Of a stretch of 64,000 bases of DNA, positions 24,254 through 34,881 are shown in pieces. Below the pieces are notes generated by a model that worked only from the letters and a program-made list of their open reading frames with translations, did not search any database and was not told the DNA's origin. The stretch comes from a virus. Taxonomy: Duplodnaviria > Heunggongvirae > Uroviricota > Caudoviricetes. How positions within the stretch are numbered: position 1 is the first letter of the stretch; each line of letters begins with the position of its first letter. A program made the position numbers and the translations under genes. The stretch is taken from IMG/VR virus record IMGVR_UViG_3300031227_011131, one strand, 5' to 3'.

Positions 24254-27200
24254 ATGAAAAATATCGTACAACCTAAGCTTTTGACGTTGGCGCGCCAGGT
24301 AAATCCGTTCTATTTTAGATTCATCAAGAACTATTCTGACTTTTATGAGTTCATATCGGAATTATTGGAAGGCAAGTTTGATGGCGATCCAGTAGTCGCT
24401 TTTGAAGAATGGTATGAGACATTTTTGGGTTTGAAGCCCAAGATAAAGAAAATTGTTGGCAATGAATCATACATTCAATTCAACAAATGGATGAGTAGGA
24501 TTATTCGTAACAAAGAAATGTTGAATTTAGAATATCGCAAGTTGGCTTCTAAGGCAGTATTTCGCGCCGCCATGAAGCGAGCTACTTTTGTATATGTAGC
24601 GATGGTTGAAAAAGTATTGGATATGGTATTAGAAGGCAGTGATATTTTCTATGTTAGTCGTATTCGTAAAATCAAGAGTATTCCTATCAATCGTTTTCGC
24701 AAGAAATCTAAGGAAGAAACAGAACTTGAGCAAAAGGATTTGAGAATAAAAGAGGAGTTAGACAAGGTTGCTCAATTGCGTCGCGAGAACGAGGCACTGG
24801 CAGAAATGAAAGCTGCCGACAATGATCACATATTAGAGCGTGCTCGTATAATGGGCGAAGTTGTGCAAATAGGCATGCGTCCTGAAGATGCTGATGCGAT
24901 GAATGAAATCACTTCTGATTTAAGTGTCAAGAAAGACGAACTTACTGAAGAATTATCTAAACGTAGGTCTGTCATTAAGAAAGCTCAAAGGTTACGCAAT
25001 AAGGCAATGAAGGCTGGTAATGAAGAAGTTGCCAATATATTGAACAATACGATAATGACTGACAAGGCTGATATTGAAGGTGAGTTTGGCGGCCCATGGT
25101 TTGATGAAGAGGGTGATTCAGGGACATGGGAAGCGGTACGGGAGTTTATTAGAGTTCCTGGCATGACGGCTTCTGCAACAGGCGTAAAAGGCTTCAAAAA
25201 CATGCTTGGTGGTTGGAGCATTCGTGGTATTGGCAGTGACCTAGAACATGTATATCGGGTTTTATCGACTGAAAAAGGAAATGTCAAGGGTCGTGATCCT
25301 GGGGCACACATTTCAGGCAAATTATATTTAGAAGGTGGTAACTTATCAGGTTGGCTTAAAATAGACAAGAGCAAATTGACCATAGGTGAAGGCACTATGG
25401 GTGGTGAAAGATTACGTCAACAGCTTGTTGATATTAAGAGCGAGATGAATGAGGTAAAAGACGGTTTTGATAGATATATGTATACCAAAGAAGGCGAGGT
25501 AGTTCCCGCCAATGAGTGGATGAAAAAGAAAGTAGCAGAGAATCGTGAAAAATCAGGCTTGAATAACATTCACAAAATTGACAAGTATATCAAATCTCAC
25601 GAGGACCAGATGGTTCCGTCAGCGGATATAGACAAAGCAATTGAAGAGGGCACTCAAATAGAGTGGTTTGCTCTTAGTGATGAAAAAGTGCCGGACAATG
25701 TAGCTTTGACAAGAATGTTTCCTGCTGTGAATATGGATGGACAATCTATTGTAGCTGATGGCATTTTCAAGGGTGTTCCGCTTGATTTATTGATCAATCA
25801 GGCTGATAGATTCATCAAAGGCACATCGTATTCTGTAGATGATGATGGTTCTATTCGTCCTATGGAACTACATACAGATAATGGCGAATTGGATTATCTT
25901 GTTCAGTGCGAGCCTCATGTATCAGTAACATCAAAAAACGAATTGATGTTAGTGTTACCAAAGTCGAAAACGGTCATCAAAAAGGGACCGAAGCGTATGG
26001 AATTAACCCCTGCGTTTCAGGTTGTTAAAGAATTATCGGAGTATAGTTCCACTGTTAGAACGGTTGTTCGTCCAGGTTCTGAAGAAGAGAAGCGTGTGCG
26101 AACCGTTATGCCGATTTCCACGTTTATCGTTTCACCGCAAGATTTAGATGACATTCGTAATAGAATAGGTTCTCTCACAATGACTGCTGCTGCTGCTAAG
26201 ATAATGCAGGAGTATTATGAGATGCGGAAAAATCTAAGCAAATCATTATTAGAAAATGAATACGGCGATATCACTCCTGAATCTATTCCCGGTTTCAAGC
26301 AAACTTATTTGAACGCAGATGGTGATTCCAAACCAGTAGAGTTTAGGTCGTTCCAGAAGAAGGCGATTAGTTATTTAACTTCCCGAGGAAATGGCTTATG
26401 CGGTTTAGATACCGGACTCGGTAAGAGTGTGGTTTCCATTGGGACATTGCTCACGTGGATAGATGATGGCACGTTGAAAGAAAGTGGTAAGAATGGTAGG
26501 GCTTTGTATGTTGTTCCAGCTTCCCTTAGAGGCAATATCCCTGCTGAGGTAAGGAAGTTCTGTGAGAATCCAGATGAGATTCTCGACCAGGTTGACATAG
26601 TAAGCTATGATGAGTTTCGTCGAACAGACAATAGTGAAATTGAGTCGTATGGGGCGGTTTTCTTTGATGAAGCTCAGGAAATGAAAAACGCTACTGGTAA
26701 GGGTGCATCTAGGGTTGCCAATAAGGCGTTAAAACTCAATCATCCTCACAAGGTTTTATTGACGGCTTCCGTGCTTGAAAAATCGCCGGCTGATTTGTAC
26801 AATTTGGTTATGATTTCTGACAATCTTTACAATGTGGATGAGGCAGAGGCATCTAAACAGCGCAGCAGATTTTTGAACGAGACGTGTGAGACTGTAGGTG
26901 GTCGTGCCGTTGGTGTTAAAAATAGTGAAGGTGCTATAGCTCGAATGCGTGATTGGGTAAAAACAAATTGTTTATATGTTGACAAACAGCAAGTTGCTGA
27001 GGAAATAGATTTACCACCCGTTACTCCTCCTGATGAGCAATCAGTGTCGATAAGTATGTCTCCTAAAGTAATAGAAATGTACAAATCGGTTTCATCTGAG
27101 ATAACAGAAACAATAACTCGGATGAAAGAGAAGTATAAGAACAAGCGCTTATCCATGGGTGATGTTAACCGCGAGATGGCTCGTGGTAACATAATGGGTG

Positions 27201-28198
27201 CTATAATAAGGTTACGTGAGATTAGCAATGATCCTGAATTGTATTTAAGAAAGCATAAGATGCGTGAACTTGCGCTGGAGATGTTTGGGAAAAACATCAA
27301 AAAGGGTGATAAATTAACTTCATTTGAGCGTGAAGAGCTTGATGCTGCGGTTGATAATGCTGTTCCTTCTATACCAAATCCCAAATTAGACAGGTGTATT
27401 GAAAGCACAAAGAGCAAGGTTGCTCAAGGCAAGCGAGTTGTAGCTTGGACAGACCAGCCTACTTTTGCCTTAAAGGCTGGTACAGAATTAGCAAAAGAGT
27501 TTCCAGGAAAACGTATAGCAGTTTGTTTATCGGATCATATTGAGGTGTATACGCCTGAAGGTGATGTTGCAGATTATGCTGGTTCTACAAAGGGCAAGTT
27601 TTGTGTTCCTGTAGAGGTTGTAGGTTGGAAGAGTTGTGGTGGCAAGTATACTTTTCGCCCGTCGTCAAAATATGTTTATCCAAATGGCGAATCAGTTCCG
27701 AAGCAGCAATGGCAGAAATATGTAATGGATTATGTTTTAGCACCTAATCCAAACATTGCAGTTGTTGTGTTGACTTCGGCGTATGCAACAGGACACAATT
27801 TACAATGGTGTTCTTCTGTTATTCATTTGGACAGAGACAATTGGAATAATGAGGTAATGAAGCAGCGGACGGCTCGTTGTTGGCGTCAGGGTCAAAAAGA
27901 GCCTGTTGAAGTTGAGATTTTAGATGCTACAATTCCCGGTGGTGGTGAAGAAGAAAACACTACTATCAACGAGGTTCAGCGTTGGATGATGGAAATAGAG
28001 GAGGATTTATTTGATAAGGTTATTAGGCAAAGTGTAGGTGGCATTTTCAACAGTGCCCATGTTCAATTTGGTACAGCCCAAAAAGTGATTAGTGAGAGAC
28101 AGCAGGAAATTGATCTTCGTGACTTAACTTATGTTTTGGACCCAAGTGTAGCGGCAGAAGCCAATTTACCAGGCGTTAGTTTGCCAGTTCAGGAGTAA
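24254..28198 (+). CDS. large SNF2-family helicase/ATPase-domain protein (1314 aa)
   Basis: Motif I GLDTGLGKS, DEAQ box FFDEAQE, motif III LLTASVLEKSPADLYNL, and C-terminal block TGHNLQ ... DRDNWNNEVMKQRTARCWRQGQKEPV. The N-terminal ~700 aa is unassigned. Confidence 0.6.
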   Translation: MKNIVQPKLLTLARQVNPFYFRFIKNYSDFYEFISELLEGKFDGDPVVAFEEWYETFLGLKPKIKKIVGNESYIQFNKWMSRIIRNKEMLNLEYRKLASKAVFRAAMKRATFVYVAMVEKVLDMVLEGSDIFYVSRIRKIKSIPINRFRKKSKEETELEQKDLRIKEELDKVAQLRRENEALAEMKAADNDHILERARIMGEVVQIGMRPEDADAMNEITSDLSVKKDELTEELSKRRSVIKKAQRLRNKAMKAGNEEVANILNNTIMTDKADIEGEFGGPWFDEEGDSGTWEAVREFIRVPGMTASATGVKGFKNMLGGWSIRGIGSDLEHVYRVLSTEKGNVKGRDPGAHISGKLYLEGGNLSGWLKIDKSKLTIGEGTMGGERLRQQLVDIKSEMNEVKDGFDRYMYTKEGEVVPANEWMKKKVAENREKSGLNNIHKIDKYIKSHEDQMVPSADIDKAIEEGTQIEWFALSDEKVPDNVALTRMFPAVNMDGQSIVADGIFKGVPLDLLINQADRFIKGTSYSVDDDGSIRPMELHTDNGELDYLVQCEPHVSVTSKNELMLVLPKSKTVIKKGPKRMELTPAFQVVKELSEYSSTVRTVVRPGSEEEKRVRTVMPISTFIVSPQDLDDIRNRIGSLTMTAAAAKIMQEYYEMRKNLSKSLLENEYGDITPESIPGFKQTYLNADGDSKPVEFRSFQKKAISYLTSRGNGLCGLDTGLGKSVVSIGTLLTWIDDGTLKESGKNGRALYVVPASLRGNIPAEVRKFCENPDEILDQVDIVSYDEFRRTDNSEIESYGAVFFDEAQEMKNATGKGASRVANKALKLNHPHKVLLTASVLEKSPADLYNLVMISDNLYNVDEAEASKQRSRFLNETCETVGGRAVGVKNSEGAIARMRDWVKTNCLYVDKQQVAEEIDLPPVTPPDEQSVSISMSPKVIEMYKSVSSEITETITRMKEKYKNKRLSMGDVNREMARGNIMGAIIRLREISNDPELYLRKHKMRELALEMFGKNIKKGDKLTSFEREELDAAVDNAVPSIPNPKLDRCIESTKSKVAQGKRVVAWTDQPTFALKAGTELAKEFPGKRIAVCLSDHIEVYTPEGDVADYAGSTKGKFCVPVEVVGWKSCGGKYTFRPSSKYVYPNGESVPKQQWQKYVMDYVLAPNPNIAVVVLTSAYATGHNLQWCSSVIHLDRDNWNNEVMKQRTARCWRQGQKEPVEVEILDATIPGGGEEENTTINEVQRWMMEIEEDLFDKVIRQSVGGIFNSAHVQFGTAQKVISERQQEIDLRDLTYVLDPSVAAEANLPGVSLPVQE

Positions 28199-28202
28199 TG
28201 GA

Positions 28203-28469
28203 ATGAATGATAAACTGAAGCCATACTTTGTAGACATTTATCGTAAAAGTCCTTGCAATTTGATAACAGTCGTGGCTGGTTGTAATACAATGTCTTTTGT
28301 AGAGGATTTGAAGCAAGATGGGCTTGATAATGATGAAATAGAAGATTTTTTCATAGAACTTAGCAAGGTATGTCTTGATAGAGATGTAACTTTGCCGATT
28401 AGTGGTTATATGAATATGGTTAGTTTTGCTGCTGGTAATGGATTGCTTGAAAGTTTCAAATCAAAATGA
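28203..28469 (+). CDS. hypothetical protein
   Basis: 88 aa. Overlaps the next start. Confidence 0.35.
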   Translation: MNDKLKPYFVDIYRKSPCNLITVVAGCNTMSFVEDLKQDGLDNDEIEDFFIELSKVCLDRDVTLPISGYMNMVSFAAGNGLLESFKSK

Positions 28470-29446
28470 AAAAAACTGCTGAATTCATCAGCCCATTTAC
28501 TGGTGTTTTACCTTATGGCAAGACTCATGCAATGACTCCTCGTGAGCTTGAGCGTGCTATTAGGCAAAGTCTTGCTGCTGAAGAAGAGGCGGTTCATTTG
28601 TATGAGGCGATTGCAGATGCTTCAGCAAATGAGTTTGTAAGTAAGGTGATGCAGGATGTAGCTGATGAGGAGAAGGTTCACGCTGGCGAGTTTCAACGGC
28701 TTTTAGACATACTTGCCCCACAAGAGGAGAAGTTTATCTCCGAGGGCAAAGAAGAGGTTGACGAAATGGCTGAAAAAAAGGGAGTATTTGGAATGGATGA
28801 GAAAAGAGTAGCGAGTGAACTAGTCAAGTTGGCTAAACAAATAGTATCAAATCAACCTACAAACAGGCGAGCAAATGTTAGACAAAGGACAGCAATTGAT
28901 TTGAAACGTGATTTGGATACCAATGAAGAAGGCATTGCGGATATGATTTATGGGTGTTTGAAAGATATTGATAAGGATTTTCTTTCTGTTGAGGTTAAGG
29001 CAGAGGAAACAGATAGAGGTTGGCGTTGGGATGATTGGCAGGTTGACGAGTATGGGGTAGAATTTTCATGTGATAGTGTGAAAACTTTCAGACTTGATAA
29101 AGTGATGCGTTTGTTTTCGCAAGAAAGTTTTGAAATAACTCATGATGGCGAGTTGATACCTGTTGATGAATTACTCAACAAAAAAACAATTGCTCAATTC
29201 AACAAGATATTGAGCAAGCCACGTGAGGCTGATGAGGACGGTTTTTATATTTGTGATGATGATGTGGAAGATTGTACTGGTAAAATTGACAGCGATGCCA
29301 TATATGTTATTTGGTCAGCTAAGATTTCTGGCAATAAATTCGTTCTCAATGTTAAACCTGTTCCTTCTGAATGGAGGGAACTAGAAGAACAGTTGTTGGA
29401 GTGGGCAACAGAGGTTGAAATTGAACGTTGTGAACCATCTTTGTGA
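28466..29446 (+). CDS. ferritin-like (ExxH x2) domain protein with an internal KRVASELVKLAKQIV module
   Basis: EEEAVHLYEA and EEKVHAGEF resemble the di-iron ExxH pairs of rubrerythrin/ferritin-like folds. Confidence 0.4.
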   Translation: MKKTAEFISPFTGVLPYGKTHAMTPRELERAIRQSLAAEEEAVHLYEAIADASANEFVSKVMQDVADEEKVHAGEFQRLLDILAPQEEKFISEGKEEVDEMAEKKGVFGMDEKRVASELVKLAKQIVSNQPTNRRANVRQRTAIDLKRDLDTNEEGIADMIYGCLKDIDKDFLSVEVKAEETDRGWRWDDWQVDEYGVEFSCDSVKTFRLDKVMRLFSQESFEITHDGELIPVDELLNKKTIAQFNKILSKPREADEDGFYICDDDVEDCTGKIDSDAIYVIWSAKISGNKFVLNVKPVPSEWRELEEQLLEWATEVEIERCEPSL

Positions 29447-29484
29447 GAAACTTGACACATGTCCGTTTGTAGAAAGGAAAAACT

Positions 29485-29889
29485 GTGAACAGGAAAAGAG
29501 TAGCAAGAGAGCTTTTGAAGTTAGCACGTGAACTACAGGCAATGCCAATGTTGGTTCATGAAACGGTTGTAAAGCAAAGATTGCCAATTGCTGACAAGTT
29601 ACGTGCTGCTTGCGGTATTCAGGAAAGAATCAGGCCCACATTTAGTCGTTATATGACATTCAAGAATGAGCGAAGCAACAAGTTTCATTATTTTGCTGTT
29701 TATAAGAATCCTGATGATCCAGAAGAGTACATTGGCGGCAATGCCTGGGGTCGTATTGGTTACATGAAGACTGGCAGAGCAATGGAATTAGCTCGTGGGG
29801 ATAGGGCTTCTGTGATAAAGGCTGTTGAAAGCAAGATAAAGAAGAAGTTGTCAAAGGGTTATGAGTTTGATACATATTCTGCAAGGTAG
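29485..29889 (+). CDS. WGR-domain protein with N-terminal NRKRVARELLKLAREL module
   Basis: FHYFAVYKNPDDPEEYIGGNAWGRIGY is the WGR signature. Confidence 0.55.
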   Translation: MNRKRVARELLKLARELQAMPMLVHETVVKQRLPIADKLRAACGIQERIRPTFSRYMTFKNERSNKFHYFAVYKNPDDPEEYIGGNAWGRIGYMKTGRAMELARGDRASVIKAVESKIKKKLSKGYEFDTYSAR

Positions 29890-29944
29890 TATCACAAATT
29901 AACCAAGCGACATCACTCCCTAGATGTACGTTTGGATAGATGGA

Positions 29945-29986
29945 CCCCGGCTTTTGTTCCCCCTCAAGCCGGGGTTCTATTTTTGT
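29945..29986 (+). terminator. rho-independent terminator
   Basis: CCCCGGCTT ... AAGCCGGGG hairpin followed by TTCTATTTTTGTG. Confidence 0.55.
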
Positions 29987-30074
29987 GTCTTGTTTGCGCC
30001 GTAGATTTGTTTTGCAATATTCTGGTCGGAGTTTTTTGGCCAGAGCATTTTTTTGTACAGAATTAGGCTCCAAT

Positions 30075-30084
30075 TTGATATAAT
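30075..30084 (+). promoter_or_regulatory. extended -10-like TTGATATAAT
   Basis: About 45 nt upstream of the ATG at 30130. Confidence 0.4.
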
Positions 30085-30129
30085 GTTGATATAGTATGCG
30101 AGAGGAGTTTGAGTGCAAGAGGAGTTTGA

Positions 30130-30897
30130 ATGAAGAAAGCAGTTTTCACGGCAGTTAGAGATGAGGGCATTTTTCTCGACATTTGGCTGAAGTATTATTC
30201 GAGTCATTTTGATGGTTGTGATATTCATGTTTTCGACCACCAGACAGCCGATGGCACTGTCGAAGCGGCAAAGCAGAAGTATGAGTTTAATCACACTATT
30301 TGGGATTATGAAGTATTTGGGGACATGAAATGGTATTGTGACAAAGTTTGCGAAACACAGAGAATGTTACTGAGCGATTATGAGTATGTGTTGTTTGTTG
30401 AAGCAGATGAGATAGTTTGTCACAGAAATGGCTTAGGGCATTACATTGACACTTTGGACGAAGATTGTGTCAAGTGTAAAGGTTATGAAGTGTTTCACAG
30501 AGTAGATGAGGAACCACCTTTTGATGCGGGGCGTTCGGTATTATCTCAGCGAAGGTATTGGTTCAGGAATAGTGTACATTATGACAAGGTATTGTTATCA
30601 AGAGTTCCGATGAATTGGCATATTGGATTTCACACAACACACAACGCTGCTGACTATGGTGATGGTCTATTGTTGATACATTTGCATAGAATGGACTATG
30701 AGATAGCATTACAGCGTAATCGTCGTTGTTTGACCTATAAGTGGCCCACTGTTGTTGAGCAAGGTCAGAGCAAATGGGGATTTCACAAGCGACTTGATGG
30801 TGATGCTTTTCGGCAGTGGTTTCACACACAAGATATAAGCCATATTGAAGTCATCTCAAATGATGTAAAAAAAAGCAGTTTTTTTGAAATTTTTTAA
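30130..30897 (+). CDS. putative glycosyltransferase (GT-A-like)
   Basis: The N-terminal FTAVRDEGIFLDIWLKYY ... D.HVFD pattern resembles GT2/GT92-type transferases. Weak call. Confidence 0.3.
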   Translation: MKKAVFTAVRDEGIFLDIWLKYYSSHFDGCDIHVFDHQTADGTVEAAKQKYEFNHTIWDYEVFGDMKWYCDKVCETQRMLLSDYEYVLFVEADEIVCHRNGLGHYIDTLDEDCVKCKGYEVFHRVDEEPPFDAGRSVLSQRRYWFRNSVHYDKVLLSRVPMNWHIGFHTTHNAADYGDGLLLIHLHRMDYEIALQRNRRCLTYKWPTVVEQGQSKWGFHKRLDGDAFRQWFHTQDISHIEVISNDVKKSSFFEIF

Positions 30898-30967
30898 GAC
30901 GATAGGATATTTAGTTGACTGCTGAGTGTTCTGCGAGCAATTTTCAGACAAATCGTTTTGAGGGGGC

Positions 30968-31975
30968 TTGCATTGTGCTATAATTCTTTTATATTCGTTC
31001 TTGAGTGGTAGTAATTTCGGTTTTTCTGAATCATGCCACCCAGATGAAGCCATTCCTGTCGAAGCAGTAGCAGAAGAATGGATTTGGGCAAGGCTTGCGA
31101 GGCTTGGAATTTACAAGGATGACGAATCTTATGAGCTTCTTTTGAGTGCTGATTGTACTGAAGGTGAAGCTCGTAGAGTATTTTGTGAGAATGGCGAGCC
31201 GAACATTCCTCCGGTACGTTTCAAGCGCGTATGGTCAATTCTCAAGGCAACAGAAGTTCCGGCTTCTGAGGAACCTTCTGTAGATTCGTCTGTGATTTGT
31301 CCAGAAGGTTTCAAGGATGGCTTGAAAGAAATTGGCAAAGAGTTGGCAGGCAGTTTCAGGCCAATTGGACAGTGGAGCGATGCAGACCTGCTTAACAATT
31401 ACAATCAAGATTGTGAAAGTGGAGTTATTGACGAGCTTGATAGGCGTGCAAAAGGCTGTGCGTTTATCATTTTTTCAAATGAGGTTGAAGGGGTAGTGGA
31501 TATAGATGCGAGTTTACGAATGCTTCGTGAGGCTCGTAGGGGTCGTACATTACCCATTCACTACAAGATGGCTGATATGTTGAAGAAGCTTTATCGTGTT
31601 GGCGAATTTCCAGGTTATGTGATGTATGAGTGCCCTTTCCATCCGGGGACAATGCTTTTGGAAGGGTATTGTGACAAATGTGGTCATACCTGGGATGCTG
31701 TGTCATACGAATTGCTGCAGTTTGCTCGCGTTGTTTACAATTTGGGTGATGCTCCCAATAGATGTCCGGGCATTCGTCAATTCATCAATTCGGCCATGTG
31801 TCATTCTCCTTCAAATCCTTTTGGCGGTTTGACTGAGGATTATCCAAAGGCCAAGTTGTTGTTTGATGAAAGCTATTTGGATGACACTTTACCTAGTTTG
31901 AAGCGTCGGATGTCCACAACAGACAGCAATTCTGGTTCGGCTGATCCGTTTAATCCCGGAAATAAAAGATACTGA
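30968..31975 (+). CDS. hypothetical Cys-rich protein
   Basis: 335 aa ORF. The true start is uncertain. Confidence 0.35.
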   Translation: MHCAIILLYSFLSGSNFGFSESCHPDEAIPVEAVAEEWIWARLARLGIYKDDESYELLLSADCTEGEARRVFCENGEPNIPPVRFKRVWSILKATEVPASEEPSVDSSVICPEGFKDGLKEIGKELAGSFRPIGQWSDADLLNNYNQDCESGVIDELDRRAKGCAFIIFSNEVEGVVDIDASLRMLREARRGRTLPIHYKMADMLKKLYRVGEFPGYVMYECPFHPGTMLLEGYCDKCGHTWDAVSYELLQFARVVYNLGDAPNRCPGIRQFINSAMCHSPSNPFGGLTEDYPKAKLLFDESYLDDTLPSLKRRMSTTDSNSGSADPFNPGNKRY

Positions 31976-32071
31976 TATTACTATTGTTTTCTGTCCTTGT
32001 TATGGTGTGAAACCTGTTGTATAATATGTTGGTTACGACAGTTTTATGCCATAACAAGGACGGAGAGAAAA

Positions 32072-33157
32072 ATGATGAATCCTTGGGTAATCGGCTGGGT
32101 TGCATCGGACGGTCATAATAATGGAGAAAGGTGGAGCGTATCGCAAAATTCAGATGACGCAGATGTTATGTGGATTATATACAACTTGTTTTCGGATGCG
32201 AAGATTTCTATATCGTGTGGAAACAAGGCAGGTCGTTACGGCACTAAGGATCAAGTAATAGTTTGTAGAAAATCATCTCGTGACTGTGAAATATTGGAAG
32301 AGTGGGGAATACAGGTTGGTAATAAGACAATCAGTCTTAGATTTCCTAACGGTAAGGAAAGAGGCGATATATGGATGTATCTTCGGGGAATGTTTGAAGG
32401 TGACGGCACTGCTTATTTAGAAAATGGCAGAAATCCGAGATTAGAAATTGTGTCCAGTAGGCTTTGGTGTAATGACTGTAAGAAATGGCTTGACGAGCAA
32501 AATATTGATGCGTCGGTTTATGACGAGAAGAGGTCGCATGGCATTGCGTATTTGAGAATTGGTAGCTCATCAGATGTGACGAAGTTCATTAGAGGCATTT
32601 ATGATGTCGAATCTGGGCAGCGTATGGGTCGTAAGTTCGGCATTTGTTCTAAGGTAATGATTGCAATGAATATCTTCGATATAGAAGCCAGAAACAATTT
32701 ATCATGTGACAAAAGAAACAGACTCAGGTCTTTGATAGAAAATGATGTGAGGGATGGCTTGTCTGCTGTTGAGATTTCTAGGAGGTTGAATTGTCCTTTA
32801 AGTTTTGCAATGAGGGTTAGACGTGAGCTTGTTGGTTCTCGCAAACAAATAAAACAAAAAAAGGCATCTGAAATTCATAATCTTCTGAAGGATGGAAGAA
32901 GCCGGGCCGACATCGTGCGTCTTGGATATGGATATAAGTTAGTTCGGCAGGTCGCAGATGAAACTGTTGGAAGCGTAAAGGAGAAACAAGAGAAGAAAGT
33001 GGCAGCCATAAGGGAAATGATATTAAAAGGAGAGAGTGTTAGTGGAATAGTAGATGCGGCTCAGTGTAGTGCTGGGCGTGTCATAAGGGAAAGACGATGG
33101 CTTGCTGAGCACGGTTACACAGTGAAGCTTAATAAGAGGAGAAGAAAGAATGAATGA
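32072..33157 (+). CDS. free-standing LAGLIDADG homing endonuclease with C-terminal HTH repeats
   Basis: VIGWVASDGH and LRGMFEGDGTA motifs. The likely start is MMNPW at 32072, after GGAGAG. Preceded by TGTATAAT. Confidence 0.6.
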   Translation: MMNPWVIGWVASDGHNNGERWSVSQNSDDADVMWIIYNLFSDAKISISCGNKAGRYGTKDQVIVCRKSSRDCEILEEWGIQVGNKTISLRFPNGKERGDIWMYLRGMFEGDGTAYLENGRNPRLEIVSSRLWCNDCKKWLDEQNIDASVYDEKRSHGIAYLRIGSSSDVTKFIRGIYDVESGQRMGRKFGICSKVMIAMNIFDIEARNNLSCDKRNRLRSLIENDVRDGLSAVEISRRLNCPLSFAMRVRRELVGSRKQIKQKKASEIHNLLKDGRSRADIVRLGYGYKLVRQVADETVGSVKEKQEKKVAAIREMILKGESVSGIVDAAQCSAGRVIRERRWLAEHGYTVKLNKRRRKNE

Positions 33158-34268
33158 TTGGAATAAGCCGTTGCCATGGTTGAATTTTACAGAACATTCA
33201 ATGGCTAACGAAATAAAGTTTGAAGGTGATAGTTTGAGGATAATGTTTGCTCCTCGTCTTGAGGGAAATGGCGTACATTCATTGCCTTCTGGAAGAGCGG
33301 CGGAAGTCGTACATTTAGACAGTCTTCCTGGTGCGCCGAGTGAATGGACTCGTGGTAGACATAGTTATGTCGTTCCAGTTGAGGTAGGCATAGGTATATG
33401 GTTTGATTGGCGCAATAAAGTATGGGGAACTATAAATCCCAACCTAACTTGTCTTTTGTCGATAAAAGGAATTAACCCAGTTACTGGACAAAAGATTGAA
33501 AGTTTACGGCTTGAGGAATATGTTGAGAACTGTCCTGTTCATAATGCACCGTTTGCTGGGCCGTATCGCCTATGTGAGAAATGTGGATACGAGTGGCCTC
33601 CGCAGAATCATGTGTGTCCAGACAATCCAGCATGGTGGGATGGTTTTCGGCAGCCTGATGGCAAGGTAAGACAGTTTTTCTTTTCTGACGAGGATGCTCG
33701 TGACATTGCGAGCATAGTGATTGGTAGGGAGAATACTGTTCCTGCATTTGGTTTTGCCTTTTACAAGCCCAAGAATCCACGTGCTTTGCTTAAAGCGGCG
33801 TTGCGTGGCGATGTGACATTGGGCAGTTTTGGCTTGATTGGCCCGATTGGCCTGATTGGCCCGATTGGCCTGATTGGCCCGACTGGCCCGACTGGCCCGA
33901 CTGGCCCGACTGGCCCTGTTGGCATATCATATTCGACAACTGTTTGTGGTTCTGAACTGGAGATTGGGGCGTCATTGGTTTTTAATGATGCTGGAATCAC
34001 ATCAGCAGAAAATTTTGTGAATGCTAGTTCTGATAAAGTTTTCCCGCAGAACAAAACCAAGAGTGTATCGGTAGGTGCTGGCGCTCAGATAACACAGCAG
34101 CTTACACAATGCAGTCTTGGAGTAGAAGGCTGGCAGGCCGAGCCAAGTGCCGTAATTAGGCTCTATTTCTGTTTTGAGCAACAGTTTAGGGAGATAGTAG
34201 AACGTGGAGGCGTAGTTGACTTGAAGGGCAACAGTGAAGGTTATTTAGCGGGAATGCCTACTGGATAA
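33150..34268 (+). CDS. collagen-like repeat (Gly-X-Y x~13) fibre protein
   Basis: GLIGPIGLIGPIGLIGPTGPTGPTGPTGPVG is encoded by a 9 bp tandem repeat at 33834-33915. Confidence 0.55.
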   Translation: MNDWNKPLPWLNFTEHSMANEIKFEGDSLRIMFAPRLEGNGVHSLPSGRAAEVVHLDSLPGAPSEWTRGRHSYVVPVEVGIGIWFDWRNKVWGTINPNLTCLLSIKGINPVTGQKIESLRLEEYVENCPVHNAPFAGPYRLCEKCGYEWPPQNHVCPDNPAWWDGFRQPDGKVRQFFFSDEDARDIASIVIGRENTVPAFGFAFYKPKNPRALLKAALRGDVTLGSFGLIGPIGLIGPIGLIGPTGPTGPTGPTGPVGISYSTTVCGSELEIGASLVFNDAGITSAENFVNASSDKVFPQNKTKSVSVGAGAQITQQLTQCSLGVEGWQAEPSAVIRLYFCFEQQFREIVERGGVVDLKGNSEGYLAGMPTG

Positions 34269-34461
34269 AACAAAAACTGAAGAACATAGTTTGACACAAG
34301 TTGGGCCAACTGCTTATGGTGGTTGGCTCAATTTTTGTCTCTAAATCTCAACAATTTTTTGATTATTCTTATTATAGGACGGATGGCAACAGGACATAGC
34401 TATATCACAGGGTCTGTATTAGCTATGGTACAGGGTTTGCATAATCTGAAGGAGGGTAATA

Positions 34462-34803
34462 ATGGCGGAAAAGGTATTGGGTTTGGCTAGGTATCTTGAG
34501 ATATATGGCCCTTGGGCAGTATGTGTCGTGTTGTTTGTTGGTATTGGGGCATTGTATTCACACAGTTCAAAGCAATCAGAAAAGTACATGAAATGGTTTA
34601 TTGAGCAGAACGAACGCAACATAATTATCTTACAGCAGAACGCGGCGGTATTGAATACAGTGGCGGAGACGAATAGACATAATGTAGAGGTTCTCAATAA
34701 TGTTTCGGAGTTGATGATTTCTTTGCAGCTAGATATAGAGCGATTTCACAGGGACATTGCAGCTTGTGAAGACTTACAGAGGCAGATTCGTGGAAATAGA
34801 TAG
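34462..34803 (+). CDS. membrane-anchored coiled-coil protein
   Basis: N-terminal hydrophobic helix, then heptad-like charged region. Confidence 0.35.
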   Translation: MAEKVLGLARYLEIYGPWAVCVVLFVGIGALYSHSSKQSEKYMKWFIEQNERNIIILQQNAAVLNTVAETNRHNVEVLNNVSELMISLQLDIERFHRDIAACEDLQRQIRGNR

Positions 34804-34881
34804 GGGGGAAATGTGATAATCAAATTGTGTTTGTGGGCGGTTTGTGTTTCTGGCGGTTTTCATTTAGTTTTGTCAATATAG

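Noticed and set aside
26827-27417. 196 aa minus-strand ORF
   Set aside because: Antisense to the SNF2-helicase gene. Every other credible gene is on the + strand.
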